This document shows positions 57,511-64,000 of a stretch of 64,000 nt of DNA, piece by piece. The position numbers and the translations under genes are program-made. The stretch covers positions 384,001 through 448,000 of the forward strand of contig CAVTHS010000008.1 of assembly GCA_963734535.1 (NCBI GenBank), given 5' to 3'. The notes under the pieces were generated by a model that saw only the letters and a list, made by a program, of their open reading frames with translations, was not told where the DNA came from and ran no database searches. Position 1 is the first letter of the stretch; each line of letters starts with the position of its first letter. This stretch comes from an uncultured Chloroflexia bacterium. Lineage in GTDB: Bacteria; Chloroflexota; Limnocylindria; Limnocylindrales; CSP1-4.

Positions 57511-60500
57511 TCAGTCCCCGTTTGTCGACTTCGGTCCGGGCGGCCCTGCCGGAGGGACGAGCCCCGCGCGAACGGCCACCGCAGCGGCGGCGCCACGGCT
57601 GTTCACGCCGAGCTTGTCGAGGATGATGCGTGACGTGCACGGAGGCGGTCTTTGGGCTGATAAAGAGCTCCTTGGCGATTTCCCCATTGCTGCGCCCATC
57701 GACCAACATGGCTAGCACCTCGCGCTCACGGGGACTGAGCCCATAGGGGTCGGCCGGGGTCGCCGCCAGATCCGACTCCCTAATCGGCAGGGCCGCTGCC
57801 GCCAGCTGGGTGCGGGAGCGGCGGGCCAGGGCTTCAATGTCTGCGATGAGAGGCTGGGCGCCCAAGGCGCGAGCCTCGTCATGGGCATCCTGGAGAGCCC
57901 GCGCTGCTCGAACGCGATCGGTGCGATTGGCGAACCTGGCCTCCGCCTCGCGATAGTGCGCATACGCCACGAGATACGGCTGGTGCACGGCGGCGAGCGC
58001 CGTCCCGGCCGTCGCCCAGTGATCCGGGGCGAGTGTCCCTGCGAGTCGATCCGCTTCGGCGAACCCCCATGCCGCCACGGCGCGCAAGGGACCGTTCACG
58101 CCGGCGCCAGCGATGAGCCGCCCTTCCAGGGCCGCCTCGAGCACCCGGCGATCCGAGGCGGCCTCCGCCAGAATCGGAGCGGCATCGCCCTCCCGGCGCC
58201 GCGCCCGCAGCCGCTCGACGTGATCGGCTGACGCTCGGAGTCGCAGGGCGGCGAGGAACGAGCGTCCCACCACCTCCTCCGACCGCTCGGATTCCGCCAG
58301 CGCTTCCCGCATGATCGACAGCGCGGTCGCCGGCTTGCCCCGCGCCAGCGCGGCCTCGGCCAGGCCGCAGGTGACCTCGAGCCTCATCTGTGCGTCGTCG
58401 GGGCCGTCTCGGGCCGCCCGCAGGTCGGCCTCGCCGGCCTCGAGCTGGCCCCGCCGGACCCGCAGGGTCCCTCGTAACATATAGAGCAACCCACGGAACC
58501 TCGGGTGTGCTGCCTCGTCCGCAAGTGCGTCGGTGGCGATCTCGATCGCCTCCTCCCCGCGCCCGAGGTGCCCTAGGATGCGGGTCGTGTACGAGCCGAG
58601 GGCGACCTCGTGCCAGTCCCCCACGCCCTCACGCTCGGCGACCGTGCGCACGGCCTCGAGCGCCCGCTCTGCCTCGACCGGAAGCCACAGCCACCGGATC
58701 AACATCGCGGTCCGTTCTCCGTAGATAAAGAACACGGAGTCGCTGCCGCTGGAGCGGTCGGCGGCCTCCAGCGCGCGGTCCGACTCGACGAAGGCCTCAT
58801 GGTCGCGACATAGGCCCGCATGCGCCCAGGCGAGGGTCATACGGGCAGACCCCTCGAGCGCGTCGGCGCCGACCGCGACGGCGATCTCAATGGCCTCGCG
58901 CGCCGCCACGCCCGTTTCCGTGTAGCGGCCCTGCCACCACAGACCGGAGGAGAGCATCCAGACGGCTTCGGCCCGCTCGCTCGTCGGCGGATCGCGGGGC
59001 AGGATCGCGACGGCGGCCTCCGCCGGGAGGATCATCTCGGCGACCTCACCGGCGAATTCACAGGCACCCGCCAGCCGCGCAAGGAGATACCCTGCGCGGA
59101 GCGGATCTCCGAGCGGGTCGACCAGACTTGCAGCCTGCCGCTGGAGCCCCAGTGCCCGTGCCCGGTCACCGGCCAAAAGCGCCGTGCGCGCCGCGCGGTC
59201 GAGAAGGTCGACGAAGTCCGCGCCAGCCCGTTGGGGCGCGTCCTCCACCCTGTCCCAGAGTCCCACGGCACGCTCGTAGGCGCGCAACGCCTCGGGAAAG
59301 GCTCGTGCGTGGACGGCGGTCTCGGCGGCTCGCAGGGACGCCTCAAAGGCGGCAGGCAGATCGCGGGCTCCGTACCAGTGGTGGGCGAGCTCGGCGGCGG
59401 CACCGGCTGCCGTAGGGCCGGCGAGATCCGGCCGCTCCGTGAGGAGTCGCGCAAGACGGCTGTGCAAGCGGACCCGCGTGCCGGGCAGCAGATCCCTCTC
59501 GACCGCCTCAGCGAGGAGCGCGTGACGGAAACCGACGAATTGGTCTGCGGCGTGCAGCACGAGGATCGACCGATCAACGCATTCGCGCAGCCCCGGCTCG
59601 AAGCCCCGGGCCGCTCCCTCCCAGGCACGCTCCAGGAGCTCGGCGCTCACGGGCCTGCCTGCCACCGCGGTGATCCGAGCGATCTCGCCGGCGGCGTCGG
59701 ACAGGCGCTCGATCCGGGCCAGCAGGGTCTCGACCAACGTCACTGGGAGCGGCGCACCGCGCCCGGCGCCGAGCGCCAGGAGCTCCTCGGCGAGGAACGG
59801 GTTGCCCTCCGACCGTTCGACGATGCCCGAAACCAGCGATGAGGGTGCATCCGCGCCGCGGATCTCGCGAACCAGCGCCCCGACGTCGGCGTCACTCAAC
59901 GGCGGCAGGTCGAGCCGGGTGGTTCGTCGGCTTCGTGCGAACTCCGCAAGCACCGGCGCCAATGGATGGCGGCGATGCAGCTCGTCGTTGCGGAACGTTG
60001 CCACCAGGAGCGTCCGGCCCGCGCGAAGGCGCCGGACCAGGTAGTCGAGGAGCTCGAGCGTGGAACGGTCCGCCCAGTGGAGATCCTCGAGAACCAGGAC
60101 GAGCGGTGCGGGGCCCCGATCCAGGACCTCTCGCACCGCCTCGTACAGCCGACCGAGCCCCAGTTGGCCCGAGGTGCGGTCCGGACCGGACGCCTCGACG
60201 TCTGGCGTCGGCGCGGCGAAAGGATTCGGGCCGGAGCCGGAAAGACTGGAATCGACCACGCCCGCCAGTTCGCTGAGCCGGTCGAGGGCTTCGACGAACG
60301 GGGCGAATGGCAGCACCTCCGCCCCGAGCTGGAGACAGCCGCCACTCACGACCGTCACCCCTTCGGAGGCGGCCCAACGAGCCAACTCCGCGATGAGTCG
60401 GGTCTTCCCGATACCGGCTTCTCCGCCGATAAGGAAGCACGGGCGGGCCGCGCGATCGGCCAGGGCGACCTGAAGCCTGGCGAACTCCTGCTCGCGTCCC

Positions 60501-60532
60501 CGGAACGCAGGACCGGCCTCCCCCGTCGGCAT
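57511..60532 (-). CDS. LAL-type regulator (AAA_16 ATPase + TPR + LuxR HTH); frameshift near 57628
   Basis: F.GRE.E, GEAGIGKTRL, VLEDLHWAD, EGNPF..EE, FRHAL; LSPRE.EVL..L..G.SN.EIA..LFIS.KTASVHV continues in another frame as ILDKLGV.SR..AAA. Confidence 0.9.
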
Positions 60533-60800
60533 GGTCGCAGGGTAGGCGCTCGTCGGGCGTTCGGGAAGGGCGGTCGCGCGAGCTGAGCGATCCGAGCTCA
60601 TCTGCACCGATGTTGGCGGGGCCGACCAGGGAGCCTGACACCCGCAGCGGTGGGGTCTGCGCCCGCGAAATGAGGTAGCGAGCCGGTCAGGCTAAGGCTA
60701 TCGCCCGATGTCGGGCGGTCTCACCGTGCCTAGGGTCCTCGCCATGAAGGCAGGCGCCGCAGGTGACGGTGCTGCCGCTGGTGCACGGGGAGAACCAGAC

Positions 60801-61373
60801 ATGCACGCCACCACCGCCTCGATGCTGATGATCGCCCGCGACCTCCGCGAGGCGGATCGGCGCTCTGCCCGTGAAGCCCGGGTTGCGACCGGCCGCGCCG
60901 CCCAGCGGCAGACGGCCAGCGGCCCCGAGACGATCCGCGTTTCGCTTCGCAGACTCCTGGTGGTGGCAGGCGCCATCCTTGCTGTCGCGCTCGCCGTCCC
61001 ATCGGTTTCGGCGGGCACCCAGAAGGCGTTCCACCTGGACAAGACCTGCGCGGCCGACGCGTCGGAGCCGCTCGGGTACGTCTGCACCGTCCAGCACTCC
61101 GACTTCAAGTGGATGCCGTCGGGCACGAAGGTCCACTACACCAGCCAGGCCGGGAACGTGGTGCAGGCGACCATCAGGATCAGGAACGGCAGCACGAGCG
61201 GTGCCTGTGTCTGGAGCACCGCCGTGAACGCGATCTGCACGTTCAGCAACGGAACCGGCCGTTTGAGCGAGTTCCATCTCCGGGTCGTCGTCACCGCGAA
61301 CGCCGACGCGTCCATCTGGTACTGGGACGGCTGGTACTCGTTCGGCGATGACGGGCGCCACGGCCGCGATTAG
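60801..61373 (+). CDS. Hypothetical exported protein divergent from the LAL regulator
   Basis: GGGAG RBS; hydrophobic segment LLVVAGAILAVALAVP; beta-rich domain with Cys pairs. Confidence 0.6.
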   Translation: MHATTASMLMIARDLREADRRSAREARVATGRAAQRQTASGPETIRVSLRRLLVVAGAILAVALAVPSVSAGTQKAFHLDKTCAADASEPLGYVCTVQHSDFKWMPSGTKVHYTSQAGNVVQATIRIRNGSTSGACVWSTAVNAICTFSNGTGRLSEFHLRVVVTANADASIWYWDGWYSFGDDGRHGRD

Positions 61374-61392
61374 AGGAGAGGTGAAGCTGAAG

Positions 61393-61468
61393 TGGAGCGG
61401 GAGACGGGGTTCGAACCCGCGACATGCAGCTTGGAAGGCTGCCGCTCTGCCAACTGAGCTACTCCCGC
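61393..61468 (-). tRNA. tRNA-Gly (TCC)
   Basis: GCGGGAGTAGCTCAGTTGGCAGAGCGGCAGCCTTCCAAGCTGCATGTCGCGGGTTCGAACCCCGTCTCCCGCTCCA: 76 nt cloverleaf, anticodon TCC, encoded CCA. Confidence 0.98.
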
Positions 61469-61645
61469 TCGAGTTTGTGCTCAACTACAGCGGATAACTG
61501 TAGAATTTGGCCTCCGTCAGTTGACCACACCGCTCGTACAGCGGATAATATCGCCGAAAGCGACCACTTCTGAGCGTGGGACAGCGTCAAAGCATACGCT
61601 GTGCGCTCGCTGCTGAACTCGGCCAGGGAGGCTGACTGATTCCGG

Positions 61646-62579
61646 ATGGCCAGATCGTCTCGCACGTCCCCCATCGTAGCCGAAACGAGTCGTCGGCGGC
61701 AACCGGGCTGACGATCGACGCTGCGATCGACTCGCTACCGGCTCAGCCTTCGAGCGGGCAACAAGAGCCCGGCCACGATCAAGACCTACCTCGCGGCCCT
61801 GGCCCGGTTCAGCCGGTTCCTCGCCGAGCGGGGCATGCCTCGGACCCTGCGGGCGATCCGGCGGGAGCACGTCGAGGCCTTCATCGTCGCCCTCCAGGAC
61901 GCGGGCCAACGCCCGGCGACCGTGTCGATCGCCTACCGGAGCCTCCAGCCGTTCTTCAAGTGGGCCCTCGGCGAAGACGAGATCGCCGCCTCACCGATGG
62001 AGCGGATGACGCCCCCGATCGTGCCCGAGGAGCCGCCGGCCGATACTGCGCAACGAGGAGCTCAAGGCGATCCTCGACGCGTGTGCCGGGGCCGACTTCG
62101 ACGCCCGCCGCGACACGGCGATCATCCGGCTCCTCCTCGACACCGGCATGCGGCGGGCCGAGCTCGCCGGGCTCGAGCGCGACGACATCGACATGGACCA
62201 GCAGGTCGCGATCGTGATGGGCAAGGGCCGTCGACCGCGGGCCTGTCCGTTCGGCAACAAGACCGCCCAGGCGCTCGATCGCTACCTGCGGCTTCGCGCT
62301 GGCTCATCCTCACGCGCAACGGACGGAGCTCTGGCTCGCCCCCAGGGGCGTCCTCACCGACAGCGGCGTGTTGCAGGTGCTGCGGCGCCGCGGCGCCACA
62401 GCTGGGACTCGCCGAAGCTCCACCCGCACCAGTTCCGCCACACCTACGCCCACCTCTGGCTCGCCGACGGCGGCAACGAAGGCGACCTCATGCGCCTCGC
62501 CGGCTGGAAGAGCCGCCAGATGCTCAGCCGCTACGGCGCGTCGGCGGCTGACGAGCGGGCGAGGGATGCCTACCGGTGA
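61646..62579 (+). pseudogene. Tyrosine recombinase / integrase with several frameshifts (pseudogene or sequencing errors)
   Basis: Fragments across frames: KSPATIKTYL...F..FL, RD.AII.LLLDTGMRR.EL (R), GKG (K), HPHQFRHT (HxxR), LAGW....M..RY (Y). Confidence 0.88.
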
Positions 62580-62689
62580 CGGAGTCCGGGAGATCGGATC
62601 TGAGCCAGGTTCCACGGTAGATCGCTCAATCCCACCGCCCCGCCGGTACGGCCCGCGTGGGTCGGAAGACCTATACCATCGAATGCTCA

Positions 62690-62706
62690 TATACCACTGT
62701 GGTATA
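62690..62706. promoter_or_regulatory. Perfect inverted repeat TATACCAC-T-GTGGTATA overlapping a TATAGT -10; candidate AbiEi operator
   Basis: Seen directly, 10 bp upstream of the ATG at 62717; an extra half-site CTATACCA at 62671. Confidence 0.65.
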
Positions 62707-62716
62707 GTGGCTCTCG

Positions 62717-63763
62717 ATGGTACAACTAGTCACCGAGCGCGACCTTCGCGAGTCACTCGAGGCAGGCCTTCAGAAGACCCTACCTGCAGGGTGGCACGCT
62801 GCATTCTCGCCTACCAGCGCGTCGGATGACCCACAGATCGACGGCGTGCTTGACCTCGTCGCACCAACGGGGGAGACGAGCCGGGCCGGTGTGATCTTCA
62901 AGGCTCGGCTGGAGCCTGCGCAGATCCACGCTAGCTGCCCTGGTTGACGAAGAACCCATCGTCGCTTGTTGTGGCGCCCCGGATGAGCGCCCGAGCCCGA
63001 AGCCTCTTGAACGATGCCGGCGTGAGCTCGGTATGTGCCGGGCGGTGACTGCCGAATTGCGATCGGCGGGCTGTTCATCGAGCGACTCATCGGGCAATCC
63101 AAGCGACGATCGGCCGGTGCTCCGGACACAAGGTTCGTCGCCGACGTGTTCGCGGGCGGAGCACTGCGTGTGGTCCGCTGGCTCCTCATCGAACCTGGCC
63201 GATCTTGGTCCGTTGGCGACATGGCGGAACGCAGCGGCCTCACCCTGGGCTTCGCCAGCCGAACGTTCAAGACCCTCGCTCGGGATGCCTACATCGAGCG
63301 AGTTCGTGGCGCGACCCGACTGACCGACCGAGACGCTCTGCTAGAGGCATGGGCAGCAGCGCCGTCGCCCCGTCAGTCCGCCTTCGAGCGTGTCGCGACG
63401 GTGGACGGCCCGGAGGCGCTCCTCCGAATGATCCGCGCGTTCACGACGCCATCTCCGTACGCCGTAACTGCCGAAGCGGCCGCCGACAGGCTCGCGCCAT
63501 TCGCCCGGTTCAGCCGAGTCGAGATGTACGTCCAGGACGTCGCGGGTTGGGATCGGGCACTCGGTTTGACCAGCGTCCCGCGCGGCGGGACCGTGGTACT
63601 GATCAAGCCTGCGGACGCTGGTGTGTTCGACGGCTCGTTCGAGCGTGACGGAGTGCCGCTGACGAGTCGACCCCAGCTGTACGTCGATCTCGTCCGCCGC
63701 GGTGGAGCGGCCGCTGAGGCTGCGGCCTTCATGCGTGAGAGGGGCGCGCTGTGGCCGCAATAG
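62717..63763 (+). CDS. AbiEi-type (type IV TA) antitoxin / transcriptional regulator; frameshifted near 62930-63035
   Basis: Central wHTH (RVVR.LL..P...W....AE..G...G..S.....L); LL.AW, YA.T...AA...AP, V.L..P.D.GVF, QLY.DL...GG...EAA. Confidence 0.75.
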
Positions 63764-64000
63764 ACCCGCGCGACGACCCGGCGTCGGTCGTCGCGGCCGA
63801 GCGGGTGATGCTCGAGCTCTGGACGATCCTCGGCGGCTTCGCCGACGCCATGACGATCGTCGGCGGCAGCGCGCCGCCCCTGCTCACCGGCGATCGGCCC
63901 GACGATCCCTACGTCGGAACCCTAGATGTCGATCTCGTGGTTGACCCGATCGACGTCCCCGATGAGGTCTACCGGACGATCGCGGAGCTCCTCCGTGAGC
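63751..64000 (+). CDS. AbiEii-like nucleotidyltransferase toxin, 3'-truncated by window edge
   Basis: Manual translation MAAIDPRDD...MTIVGGSAP.LL......Y.GTLDVDLV (GG...T.DxD Pol-beta-like motif); overlaps the antitoxin stop. Confidence 0.75.
   Translation, partial: MAAIDPRDDPASVVAAERVMLELWTILGGFADAMTIVGGSAPPLLTGDRPDDPYVGTLDVDLVVDPIDVPDEVYRTIAELLRE

Overview
Very high-GC (roughly 70-75% by eye) bacterial chromosomal DNA. Gene content suggests a monoderm Actinomycetota- or Chloroflexota-like host; this is inference, not determined. The left ~25.7 kb is an apparently complete phage-tail-like contractile injection system (CIS) locus of the Streptomyces cytoplasmic type. It has sheath, two tubes, tube initiator/LysM, VgrG-like spike, gp25, baseplate J and P2-I-like wedge, DUF4255 cap, AAA+ ATPase, a DUF4157 protein, two regulators and four membrane/surface proteins, two of them CisA-like zinc-ribbon paralogues. 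Inside it, a tail-assembly-chaperone gene appears to fuse to an unannotated DUF6760-like ORF through a candidate programmed -1 frameshift (G GGG GAA). Directly downstream, at the tape-measure position, is a Pro/Ala-rich protein with many (V/L)-(Q/A)-R motifs. The middle holds a GH13 enzyme, a DDAH/M20 pair, a corrinoid methyl-transfer cluster (RACo, MetF-MetV fusion, AcsE-like, corrinoid protein, DUF1638), AspC, MgsA, a TM0106 nuclease-helicase, a two-component system with a MacAB-like exporter, and an ApbE/FMN-binding/ferric-reductase flavinylation module. The right end is a compositionally distinct region with a LAL regulator, tRNA-Gly(TCC), a frameshifted tyrosine integrase and an AbiEi/AbiEii-type pair with a palindromic operator. 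Several genes carry single-base frameshifts that may be assembly errors.
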